IMG/VR virus record: IMGVR_UViG_3300033141_001330
Location: 1 to 35,729 of that record
Direction: 5' to 3' (one strand)
Source: a virus
Taxonomy: Duplodnaviria > Caudoviricetes
DNA length: 35,729 bases
In this document: in pieces, positions 1 through 8,874 of the stretch
How positions within the stretch are numbered: position 1 is the first letter of the stretch
How the letters are laid out: every line of letters begins with the position of its first letter
Program-made: the position numbers and the translations under genes
The notes under the pieces: generated by a model
What the model saw: the letters and a program-made list of their open reading frames with translations, nothing else
What the model was told of the DNA's origin: nothing
Databases searched by the model: none

Positions 1-112
1 TGGAGCTTTCTTTTTATGTGTTTTCAATTTAGTTCCCATTTCTGCAACTGCAAAAGCAAAATCTATTGGATCAGTGATTGCTGCAAGTTCTTTCGCTCTT
101 TCTGGATTGCTA
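1..112. repeat. Terminal direct repeat (assembly overlap of a circular/circularly permuted genome), copy 1
   Basis: Bases 1-112 are identical to 35618-35729, and an ORF reads in frame across the join. Confidence 0.97.
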
Positions 113-729
113 CCTATGGCAGCGACAAGTAAAACTGAGTTCTTTTTCGCACCTTTCAATATGATGGCTTGTTGTTCGATAGATAAAGTATCTTTAACAA
201 CATCTTCGGCTTGACCATAGTTTCTAATCTTAGTGTTCTTTACAGCTTCACTATAATCATCATATGTTTTTTTCCACGCGTCTGCTTGTTTTTGTTCTTC
301 TTCTTTAAGAACATTTTGTTGTTTGTCAACTTCTATTTTTTCATCGTGCCACTTATCAAGTGCTGTTTCGTACTCTTGAGAATCATAATCAAAGTCTTCA
401 AGTGTTGGTTTTTTAGATAGCGTTGCCGGCTTTTTTTCCTCAACAACTGCTGTCTGTCTTTCTAACTCTTTAACTTTTTTTTGTAGTTCTCTGTTTTGCT
501 TTCTAACGTCTTTTACCCATTCTGGAGCTTCGTTTGTTTCTTCTTCTTGAGGTGGTGCTTCCTCATCGCCAACTGTTACAAATATCTCTTCATCATCTTC
601 AGTTTCACTAGCTTCTTCAGTCTCTGTCTCAACCTCTTCGGTCACCTCAGCTTCCGCTTCTGCTTGTTCCACCTCTGGTGTTTCAGTTTCTTCTGTCTCT
701 GTTGGTTCTACTACCGTTTCTTCTTGCAT
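1..729 (-). CDS. Scaffolding protein (P22 gp8/Sf6-like), 5' part; continues across the join to 35477 (289 aa total)
   Basis: Not in the ORF track because it runs off the end. ATG at 729 with AAGGA RBS; acidic N-terminus MQEETVVEPTETEE..., EAPEWVKDVRKQNRELQKK, KPTLEDFDYD. Lies between portal and coat. Confidence 0.88.
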   Translation of the reverse strand, partial: MQEETVVEPTETEETETPEVEQAEAEAEVTEEVETETEEASETEDDEEIFVTVGDEEAPPQEEETNEAPEWVKDVRKQNRELQKKVKELERQTAVVEEKKPATLSKKPTLEDFDYDSQEYETALDKWHDEKIEVDKQQNVLKEEEQKQADAWKKTYDDYSEAVKNTKIRNYGQAEDVVKDTLSIEQQAIILKGAKKNSVLLVAAIGSNPERAKELAAITDPIDFAFAVAEMGTKLKTHKKKAP

Positions 730-765
730 CGAATCTTCCTTAAAATTTACTCGGTCCGTTTCATT

Positions 766-2817
766 TTACAGTGGTGGTGCGGATGCCACTGGTTCGTCTC
801 CTGTTTTCTGGAATTGATTTAATAATTCTAAAAATGCTTTTTGTTCGTTAGCGTCCATTTTTGCAAATATCTCTGCTGTTTGGGCATTTGTTTTTTCAAC
901 TTCTGCAAGAGTTTTTAATGTATCTGCTTGATTTTCTGTTGCTTGTGCTTTTGATTTTTCCGCCTCTGCATTAAGATAGTTTTCTTCTGCTGTTGGTTGA
1001 GCATTTTCCGCTGCTTTTGCCATCTCTTCAGCTTCTTCTTTTGTAGGTTCAACAACACCTCTTTTAACTAGAAGTTTACGAGCATAGTCTTTAACGAATC
1101 CTATTCCTTCACCCTCTACGTTCATTGCTATTACTGTAGAGTATAATGATTGCAAATCTTGGTCTGTTGTAACTCTCATTACTTCTGTAAGCGATTCTAT
1201 TAGTGAGCGTTTTTTAGTGCTTGAAGCTGGTCCACTCTCTGCAACAACATCAAATTTTCCATCACTTAAATCTTTAGAAACTACCTCACCATTGTTAGAA
1301 ATATTAAGTTCGCCAAGAGTAACAGTGCTAATTTCACCTTGTTTTCCAATAGTTTTTAATTTTCTATCATCTTCAAAGTAAACCTCTGGAGCCATTGAAG
1401 CCCAAATCTCACCACATCTTTTCATTGACTTTTCCATATTAGACATAATCATATAAGTGGTTAGTTCTAGTTGGTCTTGCACCATTCCCATCATTTTGCC
1501 ACTTGTTCCAGCGACTATCTTTTCACCTTGGTTTTGATTACCTAAAAGCTCTTTGATACTTACGTCTGCTGTTTGAATTAATACTGCAAGTGCTGGTGGA
1601 ACTGCTGGAGGTTTTGTATACCCCAAAGGACCGCTTGGAATCATTTGACCTTCTTCGTTCTCTATTGGATTAAGAAGTAAGTATGGTTTATTCTCTACAT
1701 TATCGTTAGCGTGTGAATTTTGATGCCCTGCAACTTGGTCAGGTGTGAAGTATGGTTTTTCTACTGCTGAAAGAGAAGCTATCTCTGCAAGTTTAGAAAA
1801 CTGAATATTCATTAGTCTTTGCATATCTTTAGACGTTCTCACAAGTCCTCTAAAGCGTTCTATGTTATCAATATACCATCTCTCAAAGTAAAGCGGAACA
1901 ATAGGAATTTCTGAACCGGCAATCATTCCTTTATCTTCTAAGACTTTAGCACCACTCATAATATATTTGTGTACTTTTTTACGCTTGATTATTCTTTCTT
2001 TTACTAAAGTTGAGCCGATTGCTTCTAGTTCTGCAATTTCTTCAGCTTCTAAATCATCTTTTTCAAATCTTTCTAACTCTTCACCAACAAGAGGTTTATA
2101 ATATACAAAAGTTTCTTCTTTGATTTCTTTTACATAATATTCAGCGATATATATTTTATCTTCAGTACTCCAATCAAATTGATTAGTCTCTACATTTTTA
2201 TCAACACTTGCTGGAGATTCTTCATCATATCTTTCTTTGAATGTCTCTGGAGTAATTGCATGAAGCACAAAACACCAGTTAGCATCACTTTTATCATATC
2301 TTATTGAATTAGGGTCCCAATAAACACTTGTATCTGCATCAACAATGGGTTCTATAAAGATACGCTGATATTCATTTTCTTCATCATATTCATCTTCGTA
2401 ATCGTTTCTAAGTCTCCAAGAACCAAAACCTCCAGCACTTGCTTCAGTGAAAGAGTTGTCATAAGCTTCTTGAGCTACGCTGTTTTGTTCGTCTGCTCTG
2501 TAAAGTCCATCAAATATATCTGCTAACTCGTCACTGTCTGAACCATCTTTTGAAACAAAGTCAACTGTTAACCTGTTTTTTCTGTATTCTGCTTTTAGTT
2601 TAAGGAGAGGCATTGCTATTTTATTGATTTCTAGTTTAGGTTTATTCTTGAAGAATTGCCCTAGTCCATCTTCCCATTGCGCGCCAGCTATTGAAGCAAA
2701 GCGTCTGTCTTCTAAAGATTGTTTTCTCTCGTCATAAGAATTAGATTGAACTTTGTTCATTCGTTGGATTGCTGTTTCGTGAACTGCCTTTAAATCTTCA
2801 TCTTTCTTTTTAGCCAT
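766..2817 (-). CDS. Portal protein (P22 gp1-like)
   Basis: About 683 aa from MAKKKDED (ATG 2817). Motifs GAQWE, LEINKI, GGFGSWRL, IPIVP, RFRGLVRTSKDMQRLMN and a coiled-coil C-terminal barrel. Lies between terL and scaffold. Confidence 0.92.
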   Translation of the reverse strand: MAKKKDEDLKAVHETAIQRMNKVQSNSYDERKQSLEDRRFASIAGAQWEDGLGQFFKNKPKLEINKIAMPLLKLKAEYRKNRLTVDFVSKDGSDSDELADIFDGLYRADEQNSVAQEAYDNSFTEASAGGFGSWRLRNDYEDEYDEENEYQRIFIEPIVDADTSVYWDPNSIRYDKSDANWCFVLHAITPETFKERYDEESPASVDKNVETNQFDWSTEDKIYIAEYYVKEIKEETFVYYKPLVGEELERFEKDDLEAEEIAELEAIGSTLVKERIIKRKKVHKYIMSGAKVLEDKGMIAGSEIPIVPLYFERWYIDNIERFRGLVRTSKDMQRLMNIQFSKLAEIASLSAVEKPYFTPDQVAGHQNSHANDNVENKPYLLLNPIENEEGQMIPSGPLGYTKPPAVPPALAVLIQTADVSIKELLGNQNQGEKIVAGTSGKMMGMVQDQLELTTYMIMSNMEKSMKRCGEIWASMAPEVYFEDDRKLKTIGKQGEISTVTLGELNISNNGEVVSKDLSDGKFDVVAESGPASSTKKRSLIESLTEVMRVTTDQDLQSLYSTVIAMNVEGEGIGFVKDYARKLLVKRGVVEPTKEEAEEMAKAAENAQPTAEENYLNAEAEKSKAQATENQADTLKTLAEVEKTNAQTAEIFAKMDANEQKAFLELLNQFQKTGDEPVASAPPL

Positions 2818-2844
2818 CTTTAAAGCCTTTGGATATTTTTCACT

Positions 2845-2850
2845 ATTATA
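2845..2850 (-). promoter_or_regulatory. Putative -10 box (TATAAT) upstream of portal
   Basis: Minus-strand TATAAT about 28 nt before the portal ATG, just past the opposite-strand cassette separating portal from terL. Confidence 0.45.
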
Positions 2851-2908
2851 CAATTTATCTTAGTTTAATAATATGTGTGTTAAGGTACATACTAATAAGG
2901 AGCTATTG

Positions 2909-3262
2909 ATGACAAGAAGAAATTTTTTTAAACTTATTGGTGTAGGTGTTGCAGTTTTAGCACTGCCTCTAAATGCACAAAATAAGATACTTAGGCGCAA
3001 TATAAAAGAAAGAGTGGTAATCCTAGATAGCTACAATATAAAAAACGTATACAGGACAGGGGTAGGGCAATATACTGTAGAGTTTATAAAACCTATTGGG
3101 AAACCACAAGCGGTTCAAACATCTCACGGAAGTGTAATAGTAAATAGCAAACAGATAGAAGTTCATAATCATTTTAATAGTCAAAGGATAGATTTATCGT
3201 CTCTTACTGTTAATGGTTGTGAAGCTTGGGTTTCATTTGGTACCATAGAAAAGGGTAATTGA
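2909..3262 (+). CDS. Tat-signal exported protein related to the tail-fibre C-terminal domain (moron)
   Basis: ATG 2909 after AAGGAG. MTRRNFFK twin-arginine motif, hydrophobic h-region and LNA-Q cleavage-like site. VILDSYN..RTGVGQYTVEF and AWVSF motifs shared with the tip of 21392..22597. Confidence 0.75.
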   Translation: MTRRNFFKLIGVGVAVLALPLNAQNKILRRNIKERVVILDSYNIKNVYRTGVGQYTVEFIKPIGKPQAVQTSHGSVIVNSKQIEVHNHFNSQRIDLSSLTVNGCEAWVSFGTIEKGN

Positions 3263-3537
3263 TGAACAATAAAACAGAAGCAGTAAAGGTAACACTAAGA
3301 CCTACACAAATTAAAAAAGTTAAACTGATTGCAAAAAAAAGATATGAGGGTAACTTTAGTATGGCTTTGAGAGTTATGGTTGATAAGTTTGAAGATGGAA
3401 CTTGTGAGAGTTGTAAGCATTACGATAAAGGGTATTGCAGTATAGAAGTTAATGTTGAAACAGTTGATGGTTTGGGATGCGTGGCTAACGTTGAAGTTGA
3501 CTTGAATGATGGTTGTAACAAATGGGAGAAGAGATGA
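3259..3537 (+). CDS. RHH-like DNA-binding protein fused to a Cys4 'TCESCKHY...CNKWEK' module
   Basis: N-terminal alternating strand (AVKVTL) followed by two helices (..GNFSMALRVMVDKF). C-terminal module shared with 8033..8401 and 12195..12458. Confidence 0.6.
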   Translation: MMNNKTEAVKVTLRPTQIKKVKLIAKKRYEGNFSMALRVMVDKFEDGTCESCKHYDKGYCSIEVNVETVDGLGCVANVEVDLNDGCNKWEKR

Positions 3538-3713
3538 TAAGATTATTAAAATGGTTATTTACCGGAGATGCTCATTTGCATAAATGGAAACATATTGAAA
3601 CAATAAACTCTTTTAATAAGGACAAAGACATTGTTGGAATGATGTGGATTTTACAATGTGAAAAGTGCGGAGAAATAAAACGTGAGTTTATTTTAATCAC
3701 CTCCCAAAACTAG
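3534..3713 (+). CDS. Small hypothetical protein (HxHxW...CxxC zinc-ribbon-like)
   Basis: MIRLLKWLF start overlapping the upstream stop, GGAG RBS; HLHKW and CEKCG motifs. Confidence 0.6.
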   Translation: MIRLLKWLFTGDAHLHKWKHIETINSFNKDKDIVGMMWILQCEKCGEIKREFILITSQN

Positions 3714-5091
3714 GCATTGCAATACTTCCAACGTGTTCGATTCCTGTTTCTTTTCGCTTAACTCTTCTTACATCAGCATATGACATTATAAAAGCATCAG
3801 CAATGTTTGGTGAAGATATACCACGCTTTTTCAAATCTTTTTTACTCTCAACTTTTACTCTTCCATTATTGTCATAATCTTTTCTAGGGATTGATAATTC
3901 ATTTATAAGTTTTTCTAAATTATCTACACTGCTATCTATTGCTATTATTTGATCCTCGTCAACCGGTTCATTATTCTCAACTGCATTGTATGTGGCTTTA
4001 AATCTATCAGCTATTGTCCACCAAGATTGAGCTTTTAGATTTGCAAAGAAATCTTTGTTCTTGATTTTAGGCATATAAAACTTCTCTGGAAACCTCACAC
4101 CATCTGCAGCATTGAATTTATGAAACTTTATATTATCTATTCCGTTATCGTTGAGTTCTTTGACTTTGCTTCCTACACCAGCACCGACGCCGATTGAATC
4201 GTATATTATTTCAGCGTTTATTGCTTTAGCCTGGTTAAACACTCTAATTGCAGATTTATTAAGTTCGTGTTCTTTCGCATTCCATTCGGTTATTTCTGTT
4301 GTGAGCAATCCATATCTTGATACAGTGGAATTGCTATCTCCGCCATCATCTGCAACATCAAATCCTATAACCTTGACACCGCTTGGCTCAATGTTTAGTT
4401 TTTTATGAGCGTCAATTGCTGCCATTATCCAAACTCTTTTTATTATAGATTCATTATCATCGGTTTTAGGTTCTCCTAAATAAATATGTTTGTACTCTTC
4501 TTCATCTTCTTTTTTTGCGTGTTCAATAATCTCTCGCATTGTTTTAGATAAAAATGGATTCTCATTATAATTAATATGTCTAATGATTGTATTTGGCGGA
4601 GTATTTATTATAAATCTTTCATAAACATAATCAGTTATTAGTCTAGGGTTGAATATTATCCAAACTTCACTTCCCTCTTTTCTTATCGTTGGCTCTAATA
4701 TCTCCCATTGCTCTTTGGTAAGATTGTGAGCTTCTTCTATGTATAAAATATCTACATTCTCTGTTGATTTTATTTCATCTATATTTCTATTAATCCCATA
4801 AAAAAGATATTCACTTGAGGTAATTGTATTTTTGATAGAGTTATTTATAATGTTGAAGTTGTCAGATACACCAAATGCTTCAATTTTGTCTTTTATTAGT
4901 GTGTATACACTGTCCGTGATTTTATTTTGGTACTGCCGGACACATAATATCTTTAATTTATATTTGTTTGTTACATAAACTAATCTTCCACAAGCATCGT
5001 GTGACTTTGAAGAGGACCTACCACCAAAAAGGACTTTATTTCTGCTTTTCGTTGCCCAAAAGTCTCTGAGTTCTGGATTCATTAAAGGCAT
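3697..5091 (-). CDS. terL: Terminase large subunit (PBSX/Terminase_3-type)
   Basis: Walker A-like GGRSSSKS, Walker B YIEEA, PTIRKEGSEVWIIFNP, nuclease GFDVAD and SPNIADAFIM motifs. Confidence 0.95.
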   Translation of the reverse strand: MPLMNPELRDFWATKSRNKVLFGGRSSSKSHDACGRLVYVTNKYKLKILCVRQYQNKITDSVYTLIKDKIEAFGVSDNFNIINNSIKNTITSSEYLFYGINRNIDEIKSTENVDILYIEEAHNLTKEQWEILEPTIRKEGSEVWIIFNPRLITDYVYERFIINTPPNTIIRHINYNENPFLSKTMREIIEHAKKEDEEEYKHIYLGEPKTDDNESIIKRVWIMAAIDAHKKLNIEPSGVKVIGFDVADDGGDSNSTVSRYGLLTTEITEWNAKEHELNKSAIRVFNQAKAINAEIIYDSIGVGAGVGSKVKELNDNGIDNIKFHKFNAADGVRFPEKFYMPKIKNKDFFANLKAQSWWTIADRFKATYNAVENNEPVDEDQIIAIDSSVDNLEKLINELSIPRKDYDNNGRVKVESKKDLKKRGISSPNIADAFIMSYADVRRVKRKETGIEHVGSIAMPSFGR

Positions 5092-5612
5092 TAATTGTAT
5101 AAGTCCTCTATCGTTAGAGTTTTATTGTCCTGGTTATTTTGATTGTTCACGACTACTTGGCTGTTAGCGTGTCTTTGGTTTACATTTAAGGTTATTGAGG
5201 CTTTGTCGATTGCCTCTACATATTCTTTTATGTCTTTTGAGGAGTGTTCAGCCTCTTCTTCTCGGTCTTCCTTGTCTTCTTCTTTTATGGTTATTGTTTT
5301 GCTCAAAGCTTTATCTATTTTGCCTAATGCTTTCTCTGCTAAATCATATACTAATTTTTTTCTTCTTATATTGTCATCGGCTATCTCATCAGCACACAAA
5401 AGTGACTGTTGATTTTCTGTTGATTTTTTAGTAGCTATTATTTCCTTAGCTTCGATATAGTCGCTATTCTTCCCCTGTTGCCATTGTTGATTTTTAGCTT
5501 TCTTTGATACAGCGCTTCTATCTATCCCTGTTTTATCTTTTATCTGTGCTAAACTTAATCCAGCTTCATAATAACCTTTAGCTTTTTCCCATAGTTCTTT
5601 AGAGTGTGCCAT
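5091..5612 (-). CDS. terS: Terminase small subunit
   Basis: N-terminal HTH (WEKAKGYYEAGLSLAQIKDKTGIDRSAVSKKA); translationally coupled directly upstream of terL. Confidence 0.8.
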   Translation of the reverse strand: MAHSKELWEKAKGYYEAGLSLAQIKDKTGIDRSAVSKKAKNQQWQQGKNSDYIEAKEIIATKKSTENQQSLLCADEIADDNIRRKKLVYDLAEKALGKIDKALSKTITIKEEDKEDREEEAEHSSKDIKEYVEAIDKASITLNVNQRHANSQVVVNNQNNQDNKTLTIEDLYN

Positions 5613-5830
5613 TATTCTAAATCCTTTTCTTCTTTAAGCCAAGCAATCTGATTCATTCCCTCTGGAATAGACATACTCCCACAAGTGAAGCACTCTAAAG
5701 TGACTATTTCCAACTCTTCACCGTTTTCGTGTTTTAGATAAACATAGTCAAGCAACTCATCTGTTGCAACTGAAAATGATTTACATACACCACAAAAGTA
5801 TTCGTGTCCTATGTAGTTTTTATTTGCCAC
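5612..5830 (-). CDS. Small zinc-ribbon protein (CxxC...CxxC)
   Basis: CGVC and CFTC motifs; coupled to terS. Confidence 0.6.
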   Translation of the reverse strand: MANKNYIGHEYFCGVCKSFSVATDELLDYVYLKHENGEELEIVTLECFTCGSMSIPEGMNQIAWLKEEKDLE

Positions 5831-5968
5831 CTTAATCCCCTATCATTTCTTGCGTAGATAAATCGTACTTTAATACAGCTATATCTATTGTATTGCTGAA
5901 TACTTGAGAATATACCCAGGTTACTGAGGCTATGGTTAAAGCTACTATTATTGAAGTGATATGTGTTT

Positions 5969-6238
5969 TCATCTCTCCAGCCTCTCTAAATTCTTTTCGT
6001 GTTTATACTTCGCTTTAATCTCTATCATCTGCAACTTAAACTTTAACGCACCCTCACAACTGTCTATTGCTCTTTGGCTTTGCTCTCTGTAGTCTTCATA
6101 CGCGTTTTTAGTTAGGCTAATGTCTTTGCTGTAAAGGATCAACTTATAGTTATCTATGCTGTTTGATGTTTCGTTTATGTAGTATTCGCAATTACCGGCT
6201 TGTAGTGATATTGCGATTAGAATTATTAGTAGTTTCAT
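5969..6238 (-). CDS. Putative secreted hypothetical protein
   Basis: GAGGAG RBS; signal-peptide-like MKLLIILIAISLQA; two Cys. Confidence 0.65.
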   Translation of the reverse strand: MKLLIILIAISLQAGNCEYYINETSNSIDNYKLILYSKDISLTKNAYEDYREQSQRAIDSCEGALKFKLQMIEIKAKYKHEKNLERLER

Positions 6239-6257
6239 TTTGTCTCCTCAACAGACA

Positions 6258-6294
6258 GCAAGAGATTGAGGCTCTTGCGTAGTGTATTATAGCA
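6258..6294 (-). promoter_or_regulatory. Extended -10 promoter TGCTATAAT followed by a leader hairpin
   Basis: Minus-strand TGCTATAAT at 6294-6286, then the inverted repeat GCAAGAG-N7-CTCTTGC (6258-6278). Points into the terminase genes. Confidence 0.6.
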
Positions 6295-6621
6295 TAAAGT
6301 GTTTTAGATTTCTCCACTTCGTAATTCGCTCATCTCTACCACCGCATCATCTATCCTAATCAGTCTGCTTTCTCTTTCATCCACAACTTTCATAAGTCTG
6401 TCTTTTACAAAACTGTTTGCATCTGATATGCTTATGGTTCTCTTTAAAGACTCTAATTGTCTAGTTCCCATCTTTTGTATATTTTCTATTAGTTTGTTCT
6501 GTCGTTATCACTCATTTTTTATCCTTTTTATTTCTTAATATAAATCTATCTATCGTTAATGCAACTAGAGTTGTGATTACAATCCATATGCCGATGTATA
6601 GTATTGGGTGTGTTGTGATTG

Positions 6622-6666
6622 TCATTTTTCTACTCTTTCAAACTCATATACAAATACATAAGGATT
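6622..6666 (-). pseudogene. Displaced original 3' end of the ASCH-like gene (NPYVFVYEFERVEK*)
   Basis: Translates to a close match of the current end of 7271..7912 (NPFVFCYTFEV). Its TGA still overlaps the ATG of the next small ORF (ATGA). Confidence 0.8.
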
Positions 6667-6668
6667 AA

Positions 6669-7271
6669 TTAAATATGTTTCCATTTAAATCCTCCTGCTT
6701 TTGTTCGTTTTCCACAACAGACTTTAGAAATACTTTGTGGCAAAATATTAGTTTCTCTTCCTGCTTCTCTAACACTTATGAATTCTGCAACAAAAACTCC
6801 ATCAACTGTGTATTGTGCAACTTTTTTATGAGGTATTGAAGTATCTAATAAACCATTTCTTTGAGATTCATTGCCTTTATCGTTGTTTTCTTCCCAAGTC
6901 ATAAGTTTAATATTTGATAGCGAATATCCTTTTTTATCATCTTTTCTGTCTATACTTGGTCTTAAATTTTTTATATATCCACTTTCTGCCCAATTTTCAT
7001 ATAATTTACTAAACAATTCGGTAGTTTGTACAGCTTCTATAAAAACTTTAGAGGAGTAGCTTGGTGGATTGTCTCCTCTTTTTTTACTATGACTTATTTG
7101 CTGAGAATAGATATGAGACAATAAACCTTTTCTGCTTTTTTTATACTCGTTGCCAAGCAAAGACACACATTTTCTACATAGTGAGGCGTAACCACTTTTT
7201 CTGTCTGCTCTTTTTGAAAAACTTTGTAAATCTTTTTCTCTTTGGCATTTTGTGCAAATCTTTTTTTTCAT
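6669..7271 (-). CDS. Putative homing endonuclease (Cys4 zinc finger + HNH-like + NUMOD1), copy 1
   Basis: KICTKC..CRKC; PSIDRKDDKKGYSLSNIKLMTWEEN; NUMOD1-type VAQYTVDGVFVAEFISVREAGR..CCGKRTKAGGFKWK. Confidence 0.8.
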   Translation of the reverse strand: MKKKICTKCQREKDLQSFSKRADRKSGYASLCRKCVSLLGNEYKKSRKGLLSHIYSQQISHSKKRGDNPPSYSSKVFIEAVQTTELFSKLYENWAESGYIKNLRPSIDRKDDKKGYSLSNIKLMTWEENNDKGNESQRNGLLDTSIPHKKVAQYTVDGVFVAEFISVREAGRETNILPQSISKVCCGKRTKAGGFKWKHI

Positions 7272-7912
7272 TAAATTTCCTTTTTGTCAATCACTTCAAA
7301 AGTATAACAAAATACGAATGGATTGTCAAGATATTTGTAGCCTTTTGGCGCTGTTGAGTTCCAGAGGTTTATCCATTTTCTTCTAAGTTGATTTTCTATT
7401 GTTACACCGTTCTCTAGCAGTATTCTACTATATCGTAATCCTTCTTTAACAATATCCTCAAAAGTCATATCCTGCAACCTCTCAACTCTTACATCAGTAA
7501 CCTTTAAGAAGATACGAACCATCTCTTTTATACAGCCGTTTGGGATGCCTTGACAGTTTTCCATCCATTCAGGAAGTAGAGGGCTGTTTACCATAAACCT
7601 TTCAGGCACTATCATTGGAGAGATAATTTTTTCATCTGTTGAGTATTGAAAAGTAACCCATTGTGCTTCAAACTCTAAATCGTGTCCGAACACTCTCGCT
7701 GGTTCTCTAACCCATATAGTTTCGCCTATTTGGTATTTAGGTTTAACAGTTTTGTAGTTTCCAAATTCTTTAACAAAGTGAGCTAAGTTCTCTTCGATTG
7801 TAAAGTGTGAAAACTCATAACCATCTACACCTTTAATAGCTCTCCTTGTGTTAGTTTTTCTATCTTCTATAGTAGCTTTTGTCATTGGAACATTCATTAG
7901 TGTGTAATTCAT
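7271..7912 (-). CDS. ASCH/PUA-like domain phage protein
   Basis: MTKATIEDRKTNTRR, GETIWVRE, RIFLKVTDVRVERLQDMT, LWNS..NPFVF motifs typical of this phage family. Confidence 0.75.
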   Translation of the reverse strand: MNYTLMNVPMTKATIEDRKTNTRRAIKGVDGYEFSHFTIEENLAHFVKEFGNYKTVKPKYQIGETIWVREPARVFGHDLEFEAQWVTFQYSTDEKIISPMIVPERFMVNSPLLPEWMENCQGIPNGCIKEMVRIFLKVTDVRVERLQDMTFEDIVKEGLRYSRILLENGVTIENQLRRKWINLWNSTAPKGYKYLDNPFVFCYTFEVIDKKEI

Positions 7913-7913
7913 C

Positions 7914-8036
7914 TCATCCCTCTCTTCTCAGTCTAATCACATAAGACTTTTCTAACCCGACATTACAGTTAGGACATTTTAAAATTCTTAGTGGGTATAT
8001 TCTTTTGCACTTAGGGCATTGGTTTATTGTTTTCAT
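7914..8036 (-). CDS. 40-aa zinc-ribbon protein (paralog of 12858..12980)
   Basis: Hand translation MKTINQCPKCKRIYPLRILKCPNCNVGLEKSYVIRLRREG*; GGAG RBS, ATGA coupling. Confidence 0.7.
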   Translation of the reverse strand: MKTINQCPKCKRIYPLRILKCPNCNVGLEKSYVIRLRREG

Positions 8037-8401
8037 TTTTTCTCCCATTTGTTGCAACTAAAGTCAAAAGGATTATCTATATACATTTGATAAACATTAG
8101 TGTTTAAGTCTGTGCATCTTCCTGATGCTTTATCTAAATATCTACAAGTACTACAAGTTCTTGACTCAAAATCATCTATCTTTTCTTGCAGTGTTTTTAT
8201 CATCTTATGATAGATGCTAAGTCTATCATTTAGTTTCTTGGACTTGTTGCATACTTTTGATAAATCTCTGTGTAAAGAACTGTGCCAAGCACCATCATTG
8301 TCAACTTTCCAAAAATCTTCATCATCTAAAATTGCTTTTATTCTTATAAATAATCCTATATGTTCAGCAATCTCATTTTTTAACTCTTCTTCTCTAGTCA
8401 T
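8033..8401 (-). CDS. Hypothetical protein with C-terminal Cys4 'RTCxxC...DFSCNKWEKK' module
   Basis: AAGGA RBS; module shared with two other ORFs. Confidence 0.7.
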   Translation of the reverse strand: MTREEELKNEIAEHIGLFIRIKAILDDEDFWKVDNDGAWHSSLHRDLSKVCNKSKKLNDRLSIYHKMIKTLQEKIDDFESRTCSTCRYLDKASGRCTDLNTNVYQMYIDNPFDFSCNKWEKK

Positions 8402-8515
8402 AATTTATCCTTTCTCTAACAATTTAATCAACCGCTCAACTTCTTTGGTGTAAAACTCTTTTTTCTCAAGTGCTACCATTAGAGCATCTTGAGTTTCTTG
8501 TCTGTCGGTCATAAT

Positions 8516-8836
8516 TTACTGCTGTTGTATCGGATTACCGTTCGCATCAACATATTGTGTCGGAACTTGACCGCCTTGAGGCTGTTGGTAACTTTGTTGA
8601 TGTTGTTGATTCCCACCACCTTGCTGATTTTGGTTAGCATCGTCAAAAATCCCGACCATTACCATATCTTTGCCCTCTTCTCTTGGAAATGCTGCAAAGT
8701 TGATAGTTGGATCAATCAACATATATTCTTTTCCATTTTGTGAAACTCCGATAACTCCAACATTAACCCATCTTGTTTTTTGTTGTCCATCTTTTTCATA
8801 ACTTCCGTTTGCTACTGCTAGTTTTTTCATCTTCAT
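8516..8836 (-). CDS. Putative single-stranded DNA-binding protein
   Basis: GSYEKDGQQKTRWVNVG OB-fold-like core and a Q/G-rich tail; near the Sak recombinase. Confidence 0.6.
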   Translation of the reverse strand: MKMKKLAVANGSYEKDGQQKTRWVNVGVIGVSQNGKEYMLIDPTINFAAFPREEGKDMVMVGIFDDANQNQQGGGNQQHQQSYQQPQGGQVPTQYVDANGNPIQQQ

Positions 8837-8874
8837 TTCCTTTTATACATATCTTAAAATACTATCTATGATAG

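Noticed and set aside
1-112. End repeat as a biological terminal repeat or att site
   Set aside because: It falls in mid-scaffold gene with the frame intact, so it is best explained as assembler overlap of a circularly permuted genome.
211-822. + strand ORFs 211..420 and 496..822
   Set aside because: Phe/Leu/Cys-rich shadows of the Glu/Lys-rich minus-strand scaffold gene.
2909-3262. Diversity-generating retroelement (template repeat for the tail-fibre tip)
   Set aside because: No reverse transcriptase in the genome; the DNA similarity is short and differences are C/T synonymous changes, not adenine-specific.
6622-7324. Group I intron or intein carrying the endonuclease
   Set aside because: There is no room for a ribozyme core (the ORF abuts both flanks), the upstream gene has its own complete end and stop, and there are no intein splice motifs.
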